Origin: an uncultured bacterium
Lineage (GTDB): Bacteria > Hydrogenedentota > Hydrogenedentia > Hydrogenedentales > CAILVY01
Length of the DNA: 64,000 nucleotides
Assembly: GCA_937951485.1 (NCBI GenBank)
Contig: CALEDJ010000004.1
Coordinates: 13,582 to 77,581, forward strand
Direction: 5' to 3'
Shown piece by piece: positions 8,632 to 18,500 of this stretch (the stretch's first letter is position 1; every line of letters starts with the position of its first letter). A program made the translations under genes and the position numbers. The notes under the pieces are model-generated. The model was not told the DNA's origin and made no database searches. It saw only the letters and a program-made list of their open reading frames with translations.

Positions 8632-9108
8632 TCACGGCGTTACGGGCTGAAACACCAGCCCAAAATTGGCCGCCACCAGCAGCAGAAAGATCAGAACGAG
8701 AATCGCGATGCCGCCAATCTGCAACACTTGACGCCAGAAGTACCCTGTCGGCACAAAGGCTGCCGGCAGCGTATGGCGGGGCGCCTTGAAAAACGGGTCC
8801 GGCTCCGGGAGCGGCACCGCCGCGAATTCCTCCGGATCATCGGGAATTCCGTCGTTCCGGACCAGGCGCATTTTCAGTTCTTGCGCTTCTCTGCAATCAT
8901 ATCGCGCCAGGATTCGGTCGCAAAGAACCACCGCCTCGATGGGACGGAACAATTTGGCCAGGCAGTGCGCCCGGGCAAGCATCAGTTGCCGCTGGCGGGG
9001 AAAATGACGCTCCAATTGATTCAGTATCTCCAGGGCCGCCGCATGTTTTCCCTCCAGATAAAGGCGGCCGGCCTCTTTGTACTTTTGTGCGGCTGTGTCG
9101 GGATTCAT
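8632..9108 (-). CDS. TPR-like protein with C-terminal transmembrane helix
   Basis: Helical TPR-like pattern (A..LY..GK...ALEIL..L...FP) and hydrophobic C-terminus. Confidence 0.6.
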   Translation of the reverse strand: MNPDTAAQKYKEAGRLYLEGKHAAALEILNQLERHFPRQRQLMLARAHCLAKLFRPIEAVVLCDRILARYDCREAQELKMRLVRNDGIPDDPEEFAAVPLPEPDPFFKAPRHTLPAAFVPTGYFWRQVLQIGGIAILVLIFLLLVAANFGLVFQPVTP

Positions 9109-9293
9109 CGCGTCCCGTATGCTCCCGTTGCCTTTTCCACGTCACCCAATCTAATTATATCCTGATAACTGGGCGGCGTATTACCCCTCTCTCGCAAACA
9201 GCATACGCGATTCCCCATAGTGCAAAGCAAGTTTCGTCGCTTGCAGGTCCGACGGGATATATGCCCCGGCCGCAATCGCTTCGCGGGCGGCGT

Positions 9294-9875
9294 TCAGGAC
9301 CGGTAATAATCCGGCTCGTTACCGGCTTTCCACTTGATATTGCAGCCAATGCTGGGTTTCTGGTTCGCCGACACCGGTTTCCCCGCCAGCACCGCATCCA
9401 ACGCTGCACGCAGGTCCGCGCCCGTCACCGGCTTACCGTTGCCGGGGCGTGCATCATCCAACTGTCCGCGATAGACCAGTTTGCGTTCCCCGTCAAAGAG
9501 GAAGAAATCCGGTGTGCAGGCCGCCCGGTAGGCTTTGGCCGTTTCCTGGGTGGCGTCGTACAGATACGGGAACGTATAACCCACGGTCCGCGCCTCCTCC
9601 GCCATCTTTTCGGGGCTGTCATCCGGATAATTTGCCACATCATTGGGCATGATGGCCACAATGCCCACCCCCTTTTGCTGGTATTCCCTTGCAATCGCGG
9701 CAATTTCGTGCCTCACCAGTTTCACGAAGGGACAGTGGTTGCAGATGAACATCACCAGCAACGCCTTTTTCCCATCGAAGTACTTCAGCGAGATGATTTT
9801 TCCCGTCGTGTCGGGCAGTGAAAAATCAGGCGCCGGGGTGCCCAGCGGCAGCATTGTTGACGGCGTCTCTGCCAT
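9294..9875 (-). CDS. Thioredoxin family protein (AhpC/TSA-like redoxin)
   Basis: FICNHCPFV, AACTPDFF, YRGQLD, PSIGCNIKWK. Confidence 0.93.
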   Translation of the reverse strand: MAETPSTMLPLGTPAPDFSLPDTTGKIISLKYFDGKKALLVMFICNHCPFVKLVRHEIAAIAREYQQKGVGIVAIMPNDVANYPDDSPEKMAEEARTVGYTFPYLYDATQETAKAYRAACTPDFFLFDGERKLVYRGQLDDARPGNGKPVTGADLRAALDAVLAGKPVSANQKPSIGCNIKWKAGNEPDYYRS

Positions 9876-9970
9876 AATCGTGATCTCCTTTTGTGATGGG
9901 TTTCAGCCCCGATTACAGGTAACACTCGGGGGAAAGAGGCAATTCCCGGGAACGCGCGAAGGGTTGAAAC

Positions 9971-10298
9971 GACGGCAAGGACAGCAAGGACGGCAAGGAC
10001 GCATGGAAGGAACAAAAGAAGCGACGACGAGAATATGGCTCTGCCTGGCGTTCTTTTTTTAACTTTTCTCCCCCGTTACACCGCTCCTGCGATGTAACGC
10101 ACCACCGCGACGCTCCTGCGTCGCGGGATGCGGCAACGCGTTTCTTTGGATTGCGTTGTTGCCTGGCGCAGAGCACCCCTCGTTGCACCGCAGGAACGGT
10201 GCAACGAGGGGATTTCACCTGTTTCCCGCATCGTCTATGTTGTCCCTTTTTTCCTTGCTGTCCTTGTTGTCCCTGCTGTCCCTTTTGTCCTTTTTGTT
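9971..10298. repeat. Composite intergenic element: inverted 9-mer arrays enclosing three hairpins
   Basis: GAC(A/G)GCAAG x3 at 9971-9997; reverse-complement 9-mers x5 at 10254-10298; hairpins at 10075-10098, 10104-10125 and 10176-10211. Confidence 0.75.
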
Positions 10299-10335
10299 TT
10301 TTCTGTCCTTTTCCTGTTCCCGCTCGCGCTTTGCT

Positions 10336-11178
10336 CTATTTCATCGCGTTCAGGTACTCATTGATGCGCTGGAGCCAGGTGCTGCCCAGGGTCAATTTCC
10401 GGTCGCCGCGCGGGGATGTGGTCGGCGCGATATTCAGGGCGTTTCGCGCCTCCGTCGTCAACGGACGGTAACTGAGTTCATAACTCTTCGCCTTGGCGTC
10501 GTCCCGGTTGCGAACGGCGAGTAGTTCGCCACGCTTTGCGCGGTTGGCGCGCACAGATTTCAGGAAGTCATGCGGGTCTGTTCCGTATTCATAGAGATAG
10601 ACCGGACCGTATTCGCCGGTGCCTACCCCCCCAATGATAAGGTCTGTGCCGGCGCGATAGTCCATCATCGCATCCAGCCAGTCGAAGGGCCAGCCGGCAT
10701 CATAGTCCCATGCGCCGAAAACGCGGCCCTCGGAGAATCCGTCATTATAGCCGTCGCTGAATCCGCCGTCGAGGTATTCAATGTGGACATCGTTGGCCAG
10801 AAACGACCGCCACCCTGGCTGAAAAGCCATGTCGTAGCCCTCACTGAAACCGATGGTAAAGGCGTAATCATATGCGACGAAATACCCGTCGTTGTACGCG
10901 TACCATACGCCGTCCCAATAGCCCGCGTCATAGTATGGGAAAGTCACATAGGGAATGCTCCCGCCGCTGTAGTAGATGGGTCCGGCGTCCACCGTGGCCA
11001 TACTGTCGTCGTAACCCTCCCAGTATTTTTCATCCACGGCAAAGCCATCTGCGAATCCCGCGTCATACTCCGCGTCGGGATCAGTCAAATAGGGGGGGCA
11101 CCCGGTCAATCCGAGGGTCGCCGCAAGCAGCATTGCCGACACCGCCATGCCGGCTCTCCAGCGTCGTATCGTTTTCAT
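10336..11178 (-). CDS. Lipoprotein with (Y/F)xxG(Y/F)xxG repeats
   Basis: Signal peptide ending in lipobox LTGC; repeated YDAGF, YWEGY, YDAGY, YNDGY, FSEGY, FSDGYNDGFSEG. Confidence 0.75.
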   Translation of the reverse strand: MKTIRRWRAGMAVSAMLLAATLGLTGCPPYLTDPDAEYDAGFADGFAVDEKYWEGYDDSMATVDAGPIYYSGGSIPYVTFPYYDAGYWDGVWYAYNDGYFVAYDYAFTIGFSEGYDMAFQPGWRSFLANDVHIEYLDGGFSDGYNDGFSEGRVFGAWDYDAGWPFDWLDAMMDYRAGTDLIIGGVGTGEYGPVYLYEYGTDPHDFLKSVRANRAKRGELLAVRNRDDAKAKSYELSYRPLTTEARNALNIAPTTSPRGDRKLTLGSTWLQRINEYLNAMK

Positions 11179-11349
11179 TGGTGCATTTCCTTCTGTGTTG
11201 GACGCAGCGTCGTGCCGCGTTGTTTCCCGTAAATACCGACGCGACAGGATATCGCGTCTTCTATAAGCAGCCCATCACTTGGATGTTTTCTCCCGGCTTT
11301 ATGGCCGTATGTAAGTTCCTGGAGCGATTTCATGGAAGTCATTCCTGTA

Positions 11350-13818
11350 TTACCGACCCCGAACGGCTCCGCCTGACGCACCACCCCGCACGCTCGGCGC
11401 GCTGCGGCCAACCGATGGCGCACTGATGGTCGGCGCGCTGCGGCCAACCGATGGCGCACTGATGGTCGGCGCGCTGCGGCCAACCGATGGCGCACTGATG
11501 CCTGGCGCGCTGCGGCCAACCGATGGCGCACTGATGCCTGGCGTGCTGCGGCCAACCGATGGCGCACTGATGCCTGGCGCGCTGCGGCCAACCGATGGCG
11601 CATTGATGACTGGTGTGCCTCGGCTGACTGACGGCGCGCTTTGTCGCACGCTTGGCGCGGGCGCACTGACGCTGGGCGCGCTGTGGGGGTCGCTGGGTGC
11701 TGGCGCGCTTTGTCGTACGCTTGGCGCGGGCGCACTGACGGCGGGCGCCCCGCGCGATGGCGCTGGATTCATGCTCGGCACACTTGGACGGCTGATTGCC
11801 GGCGGGCTTGCCGGTCGCGGGGTTGTCTGCGCCGGGCGTGAAGAAGGAGTCGGCTGATACGCTGCGCCGCGGCCCCGGATGCCCGGGGTGGCCTCAATAT
11901 CCCGCGAAGTGGGCGGCACTGTGGTGCGCGGCGCAGGCGAAAACGACCGCCCCTCAGTCGGCGTACCGCGCAAGGACGGCGCCTCGGTTCGCGGGGTGAC
12001 CGGTGCGCCGCGCTCCGGGCGGTTTTCCTGCTCCGCAGGGCCTGCAGGCGTCGCCGAACCGCGCGGCTGCGTTTGCGTGCGTATCGTCCCGCCGCCCGCA
12101 GCGTCCCCTCTTGTCGGGGCGGAAGCCGGTGCGCCGCTTGGCTCTGGCATTATCGGGCGCGCTTCCGAAGGAACCGCGCTTCCGCGTTTGGGACGCTCTT
12201 CCATTGACGCGCCCGAACGCGTCGGCGCGTCCGCCGGGGCCGCTCCTGACCGGACGCCGCGGCCCGCATCGCCGCGTGGCGTCGCCTCGCTTGCCGTCAT
12301 GGTGCGCCGCTCGATGCCCGGACCTAACTGCGGGTCGGCGCCCCTGATTTTCGGCGCTGCGCGCAGGGCATCCGCGGTGGTGCTTTCCATGCGCACATTA
12401 CGAACCTGGGCCATGCGACCCTGGGGGCTTAAGTCCGTCTTAAGGCCGCGCCCGCCAGTGCTCGCGACATGCGTGAAGCGGTCCCGCCCCAGCGATGATT
12501 CCAGCCGCTGCGCGCGGTGTTGTGCGGTCAGCGCTGTTTCATCCAGCGCAGCGGGGCCGCGAATGGCGCGGGGCGGATTGTAATTCCGGACCCGGTCCGG
12601 CGGCAGGGTGTAGGGGGTCCGCACGCGGTTGGGCGCGTTGATGTTGATGTTGATGTTCCAGATATTCACTTCGTGCGGGCGCTGGCGCACGTATGTGGCA
12701 ATGACAGGGGTGAGCGGGTAAACATATGCCGGACCGCGATAGAAGGCGCCGGCGTAAACATAGGAACTTACGCTGATGTCGAACATTACGCCACCCACGG
12801 TGAAGACTGCCGAATCCCGCACCACGATGGGACGGTGATAAAAGTCCACCGGCGCCCAGATGAAATAGTCGCCGCAGCGGATGGTGGCCGCCCACGCGGG
12901 ACTCCAGACGGGGTCATAAGCCCATATCCAGCCATAGGAGACGTGATAGCGCCACCGGCCATAGTGCGTCGTGATGTAGGAGAAGGGGTAACGGCCCACC
13001 CAGACATAGCCCGTGACCGGCACGTAACTCCAGTAGCCGTAGCGATAGGGCACATAATCCACCACCACCGTGGGCCGCCAGTAATGGCGATTGTCCACAT
13101 AGACCCATTCACCGTAGGGCGCCAAATCCACCACTCCGAGCGTTTGCGGCGCAAAACTCACCGATGTGGGTGCGCTCTTGAACCCTTCGGCCAGCAATTT
13201 CGCGCGTTCGCGGTTCCATACATCAAAGGCGTCCTCCACCGTGCGATCAAAAAACATGGGCGTAGACGGCAGCATCCCCGGATCAACCCAGACCCGCTGC
13301 CCGGTATTCACATACACCGCGCCGCCCGCATCGGTTCGCACGATAACCCGGCCCCATCTCACGCTCACGGTCGTTGCGCCCTGGTCCACCACATCCAGCC
13401 GCACCGCCGTGTCGCGTTCCACCTCCACCATGCAGGCCGGCGTCGCGAACACGAAGTCACCGCTGCTGCGGTTCATGCGCTGCACTTGGAATGAGCCATA
13501 CCAGCCCCGGACCAGCCCGCTGGGCGGCAGCCCGGCGATTTCCGCCCTGCTTCCGTCCGCCATCCGCAGGAACGTGCCGCCGGAAAACTCGATTTCCGCC
13601 GTCCCCCCCTGGTCCACCCACAGCGTATCGCCCTGAAGCACCATCGTGTTCAATGGCGCCTGACTCCATTCGGCATCATCCACGCCCCGGATCAGCGTGC
13701 CGCCGGCGTCAAAACTGACCCGCGCGTGCAACGGATGGTCCGAAGCCCAAGCCAATGGCGCAAGTCCAATCAGAAAAAGCACATAGGCTGTCTTTGCGAT
13801 GCTGCGTTGCGTGTTCAT
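11350..13818 (-). CDS. Secreted FecR-like/DUF6600-type protein with long Pro/Arg/Ser-rich tail
   Basis: Signal peptide; FecR-like segment (NTMVLQGDTLWVDQGGTAEIEF); LAPYGEW, PY..GYW, HYGRW, P.WSPAW motifs; start 13818 after GGAGGA. Confidence 0.75.
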   Translation of the reverse strand: MNTQRSIAKTAYVLFLIGLAPLAWASDHPLHARVSFDAGGTLIRGVDDAEWSQAPLNTMVLQGDTLWVDQGGTAEIEFSGGTFLRMADGSRAEIAGLPPSGLVRGWYGSFQVQRMNRSSGDFVFATPACMVEVERDTAVRLDVVDQGATTVSVRWGRVIVRTDAGGAVYVNTGQRVWVDPGMLPSTPMFFDRTVEDAFDVWNRERAKLLAEGFKSAPTSVSFAPQTLGVVDLAPYGEWVYVDNRHYWRPTVVVDYVPYRYGYWSYVPVTGYVWVGRYPFSYITTHYGRWRYHVSYGWIWAYDPVWSPAWAATIRCGDYFIWAPVDFYHRPIVVRDSAVFTVGGVMFDISVSSYVYAGAFYRGPAYVYPLTPVIATYVRQRPHEVNIWNINININAPNRVRTPYTLPPDRVRNYNPPRAIRGPAALDETALTAQHRAQRLESSLGRDRFTHVASTGGRGLKTDLSPQGRMAQVRNVRMESTTADALRAAPKIRGADPQLGPGIERRTMTASEATPRGDAGRGVRSGAAPADAPTRSGASMEERPKRGSAVPSEARPIMPEPSGAPASAPTRGDAAGGGTIRTQTQPRGSATPAGPAEQENRPERGAPVTPRTEAPSLRGTPTEGRSFSPAPRTTVPPTSRDIEATPGIRGRGAAYQPTPSSRPAQTTPRPASPPAISRPSVPSMNPAPSRGAPAVSAPAPSVRQSAPAPSDPHSAPSVSAPAPSVRQSAPSVSRGTPVINAPSVGRSAPGISAPSVGRSTPGISAPSVGRSAPGISAPSVGRSAPTISAPSVGRSAPTISAPSVGRSAPSVRGGASGGAVRGR
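11393..11608 (-). repeat. Coding tandem repeat, 6 x 36 bp (xSAPSVGRSAPx)
   Basis: Six near-identical 36-bp units visible in the DNA; boundaries approximate. Confidence 0.9.
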
Positions 13819-14119
13819 GCTCACATCCTCCATCACACAGGCGCTCCAAGTCGTGTGTTCTGCTTACCTTGACGAATTTCCGTGCAGTTGATTCACATCT
13901 GAAGGATGGCGGTGCCTGTGTTTTTTCCTGTTTGTCGCGGCAGTCGCCTTGATGTTCCGGGTCGGCCTTGCCTATAGTCATATCAGAACACGCGGAGACG
14001 CCACATGTGCGGCATCGGCGCTTTCATCACATGCAGGGCGGTATTGAAAAAGTCGGCCGGTTGCGGAAGGCCGCATCCGGCACGTGCCAACGAATCGCAA
14101 CCTGGAGAAAGACACAATC

Positions 14120-15361
14120 ATGGAAATCAGAACGCGCATTGAATTATCCACAATGATGTTTCTGCAGTTCTTCATTTGGGGCGCATGGGCCGTCACCATG
14201 GGAACTTATCTCAACGCCATCGGCTTCAGAGGGACAGACATCGGCAGCGCCTACAGCACCACGGCGTGGGCGGCGATTGTCTCGCCGTTTTTTGTGGGAA
14301 TGGTGGCTGATCGCTTTTTTTCGGCGGAGAAGGTGATGGGCGTCTTGCACTTGTTGGGGGCGGTGTTGATGTACTGGGCTTCGACGATCACGGAACCCGG
14401 CAAGTTTTTCTGGGTGTTGTTGGGCTATGCGCTGTGTTATATGCCCACGCTGGCGCTGGTGAACGCCATCGCATTCCATCAGATGAAAGACCCCGGCAAG
14501 GAGTTTCCCGGCATCCGGGTGCTGGGCACGCTGGGGTGGATCGTCGCCGGGCTGATTATCGGGTTCCTGAAAATCGAGCCGACCGCCATTCCGCTGAAAA
14601 TTGCGGCAGGGATGTCGCTCGCGATGGGGGTGTACTCATTTTTCCTGCCCAACACGCCGCCCAAAGGCAAAGGGAAAAAAGTCGCTGTGCGGGATGTATT
14701 GGGGTTGGACGCCCTCGGTCTGATGAAAGATCGCTCTTTTGCGGTCTTCGTGGCGTGTTCCCTGCTCATTTGCATTCCACTCGCTTTCTATTACAACTTC
14801 ACCAACTTGTTCCTGAATGAAAGCGGCGTGGCCAATGCCGCAGGAAAAATGACGATGGGCCAGATGTCGGAAGTTGTCTTTATGCTGGTGATGCCTTTCT
14901 TCTTCGTCCGTCTCGGCGTAAAGTATATGCTGCTCTGCGGCATGGTTGCCTGGGCCGCACGATATCTGCTCTTCGCCTTTGGCAATAACGAAGCGCTGGT
15001 CTTCATGTTTTACCTCGGAATTCTCCTGCATGGCATCTGCTACGATTTCTTCTTCGTGGTTGGGCAAATCTACGTGGACCGCGAAGCCCCGGAGGAAATC
15101 CGGGCCAATGCGCAGGGTTTCATCGCCTTGATTACGTATGGCGCGGGCATGGTGGTCGGCGCAAAGGTGTCAGGATTGATGGTGGATTTGTTCGCCGAAT
15201 ACGAATTGGTGGATGGCGTGGAAAAAGCGGTCGGCCACCAGTGGACGAATATCTGGGTGATTCCCGCAATCATGGCGGGGGTCGTCATTGTGTTTTTTGC
15301 ATTGCTCTTCCGTGACAAGCCGGCCCCGGAAAATGCCGCAGCAACAGCCGAAACGGAGTAA
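14120..15361 (+). CDS. MFS nucleoside:H+ symporter family (NupG/XapB-like)
   Basis: MMFLQFFIWGAW, VGMVADRFF, IRVLGTLGW, GQMSE, LHGICYDFFFV. Confidence 0.9.
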   Translation: MEIRTRIELSTMMFLQFFIWGAWAVTMGTYLNAIGFRGTDIGSAYSTTAWAAIVSPFFVGMVADRFFSAEKVMGVLHLLGAVLMYWASTITEPGKFFWVLLGYALCYMPTLALVNAIAFHQMKDPGKEFPGIRVLGTLGWIVAGLIIGFLKIEPTAIPLKIAAGMSLAMGVYSFFLPNTPPKGKGKKVAVRDVLGLDALGLMKDRSFAVFVACSLLICIPLAFYYNFTNLFLNESGVANAAGKMTMGQMSEVVFMLVMPFFFVRLGVKYMLLCGMVAWAARYLLFAFGNNEALVFMFYLGILLHGICYDFFFVVGQIYVDREAPEEIRANAQGFIALITYGAGMVVGAKVSGLMVDLFAEYELVDGVEKAVGHQWTNIWVIPAIMAGVVIVFFALLFRDKPAPENAAATAETE

Positions 15362-15516
15362 TATAGCGGCGGGGTGGGAAAATCACATCGAATTTCACCA
15401 TGCTTTGCTATGGAGATTTTCGGTCGGGGATGTGGCCCGGTCCCGCCTTCGCCCAAGGCTGCGGCGGACGCGCTGGCGACCGGCCACAACGGAGACGTGC
15501 ACCGAAAGGCGCTGAT

Positions 15517-18500
15517 GTGAAGAGAATCCGGAGTCAAGGACGCCGCCTGGCGATGCTGGGCGTGTTGGCGATCCTGTGCATGCCGGCGGCGATGGCGCAA
15601 CCGCCGGACGTCGCCGGGATTGTGTCTCCGGAACCCGGCGAACCGGACCTGAACCGCCCCGCCGTCGAGGAGCAGCGCAAGCGGTTCGCCGAAGCGGAAG
15701 GGATTGACGAGGCGCTCCGCAAGCGGATTGTGGAGTACTACGATGAAGCGCTGCGGCACCTGCAGGCGGCGGAGGATTGGCGGGCCAAGGGCGCGCATCT
15801 CGACGCTGCGCGCACTCGTGCGCCCAAGGAAATCGAGGCGCTCCAGAAACACCTGGAGACGTCCCCCCCCGATGAGCCGCTGGAGATTCCCGAAGACACC
15901 CCGCTCGCGGACCTGGAACGCCAACTCGCCTCGATGGAGACGCAGTTGCGAAGCATCCAGGCGGAATTTGACCAGCGCCTCAACGAACCCGCCCAGCGCG
16001 CCGACCGCCGCGCAGCCATCCCGGCATTGATCACGGCGGCACGGCAGCGCATCCAGGACTCACAGACCGAACTGGCGGCCTCGTCCCCCGCCGATGAAGC
16101 GCCGGAATTGACCGCGGCCCGCCGGCTCTCGCTCCGGGCGCGCATTGTCGCCGCTACAAACGAGATAGACGCCCTGGAACGCGAAGTGCAGTGCTATGAG
16201 GCGCGCAATCCTCTCCTTGCCCTGCTCCAGGAGGAAACCAAGAGACGCCTCACGATGGCGCAGCGGGACACAGAGATGCTCCGCGAGATTACGACCGCTC
16301 GGAGACGCGAGGAGGCGGCGCTGGCGGCGGAAGCCGCCCGGCTGAAACTCCAGGAAATCGAGGAGATCAACCCCGTAGTGCGCCGGCGCGCCGTGGAATT
16401 GGCCGAAAAAAATGCTGCATTTGCCGAATTGCGCACCGGGCCGGAGGGACTAACCCAGAAAATTGAAAGCAAAACCGCCAAATTAACCTCGGAGACCAAC
16501 CGGGTCAAGCAGTTGGAGGAAGAGTACAACCGCATCATCCAGCGGGTCAAGGCGGGCGGACTCAACAACGCCGTCGGCGTCATGTTACGCAAGCGCAAGG
16601 CGCAACTGCCGAATGTGCGCCGGATTCAACGGGAAATCCGGGACCGCCGCGTCGAAATCGCACAAATCCAACTGGCCCAGAGCGAACTGCGTGAACACCG
16701 TCTGAACCTGTCTGACGTGGAGCGGGAACTGAACGCCGCCATCCGTGCCCTGCCCGATCACTACACCGAAGAGGAACGCGAGCCTGTCCGCAAGGAAGTC
16801 GCCGACCTGGTTCAGAACCAGCGCACATTGATTGACGCGCTGCAACGCGACTACGACACCTACTTGAATGTGCTTTTTGAACTGAACATCTGCCAGGAAC
16901 AGTTGGCCGGGGTGACCCGCCAGTTCACGGCCTACATCAATGAAAACATCCTGTGGACCGGGGGAACCGCCGCCCCCAACCTGAGAACGATTCAGGAAGG
17001 CAATACGGCGCTGCGCTGGCTGACTTCACCCGAGGCTTGGCGGAATGTACCCGGCCTGATGATCGGTGATTTGGCAAACAATTTCCACATAAATGCCCCC
17101 ATCCTGGCGCTGCTTCTTGCCTGGTTGCTCTTCTGGCGCAAAATCCAGAACACTATCGAGACCCTCGGCGTAGAAGCCCGGAAAAAGAAGCATACCCGGT
17201 TTGTGCACTCCCTGGAAACGCTGGGGCTGACCTTTCTGGCTGGGGCTTCATGGCCCGCCTTCATCGCGTTTTTTGCATGGCGTCTATCGGTTGCTGCCGA
17301 AACGGTGGACCAGGCGCGCGCCACAGGCGCGGGCCTGCTGGCGGCGGCTTTCATGGGATTCTGTCTGGAAACCTTGCGGCAACTGCTGCGCAGCAACGGC
17401 CTCGCGGAAGCGCATCTGGGATGGCCGGGGAACCGGTTGGCATCGGCGCGACGTGTGTTTGTCATGTTGCTGTTTGTGTTGTTGCCTGCTTCATTCATCG
17501 TTTATACCTTTGAAAACCAGACAGAAGAATTCTGGAAAGATTCCGTGGGCCGGTTTGCGTTTGCGGCGGCCATGGTCGCCATTGCCGTGGCCCTGTACCG
17601 CCTGCTGGGCCTTGCGCGCGAGGATATCAAGGATATGCCTGGCGGTGGGGGGATGCTGGCGGAAAAACAAAAACTGCACCGGCCTATCCATCTGTTGCTG
17701 GCCGGACTTCCCGCCTGCCTCTCGCTGCTCGCCATGGGCGGTTACTATTTCACGGCCCTTCATCTGACTTACCGGTTTTTCTGGACCCTGCTCCTGATGC
17801 TGGCTGTTCTCATCGGTACAGGCATGACCCGCCGCTGGCTGGAACTCACCCGCCGCGCCATCGCCATCAAACAGGCGCAGGCATTGCGCGAGAGCATGAA
17901 GGCTGAAGAGGAAGGCGACGAAGTCCCCACCGAGGCTGAATTGCTTGACAGGCAACTGGACCTCGTGCGCGTGGATGCGCAGACGCAGAGTCTCGTGCGC
18001 ACTGTGGCGGGCATGGCTGTCCTCTTCGGCGCATGGTTTATCTGGGCGGATATCATACCCGCCTTCCGGGCGCTTGACAGCATCCGCTTGTGGGACATCA
18101 CTGTCGCCACCGAAGAAATTATTCAGGACGAGGCGGGGCAGACGGAAGTGATCATCCGGCAGAAACTCGATTCAATCACCGCTTCCGACGCGCTGCTTGC
18201 GCTTGTGATTCTGGCTATCGTCGCCCTGGCCGTGCGCCGCCTGCCCGCCCTGATAGAAATCATCCTGTTGCAACGGCTCCACATGGGTGCGGGGGAGCGT
18301 TATGCCTTTCTGGCCGTGTTCCGTTACGTGGTGATCGCACTGGGTGTCATTTTCGCCTTCAACACCATTGGCATCGGATGGTCCAATGTGCAATGGCTGG
18401 TCGCTGCGCTGGGACTCGGCCTGGGTTTCGGACTCCAGGAAATCTTCGCCAACTTCATTTCCGGGCTGATCATCCTCTTCGAACGCCCCATCCGTGTGGG

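Noticed and set aside
11175-11857. Repetitive ORFs 11175-11735 (-) and 11426-11857 (+), and a possible CRISPR array
   Set aside because: Alternative frames of the 36-bp coding repeat. The units are contiguous with no unique spacers and there are no cas genes.
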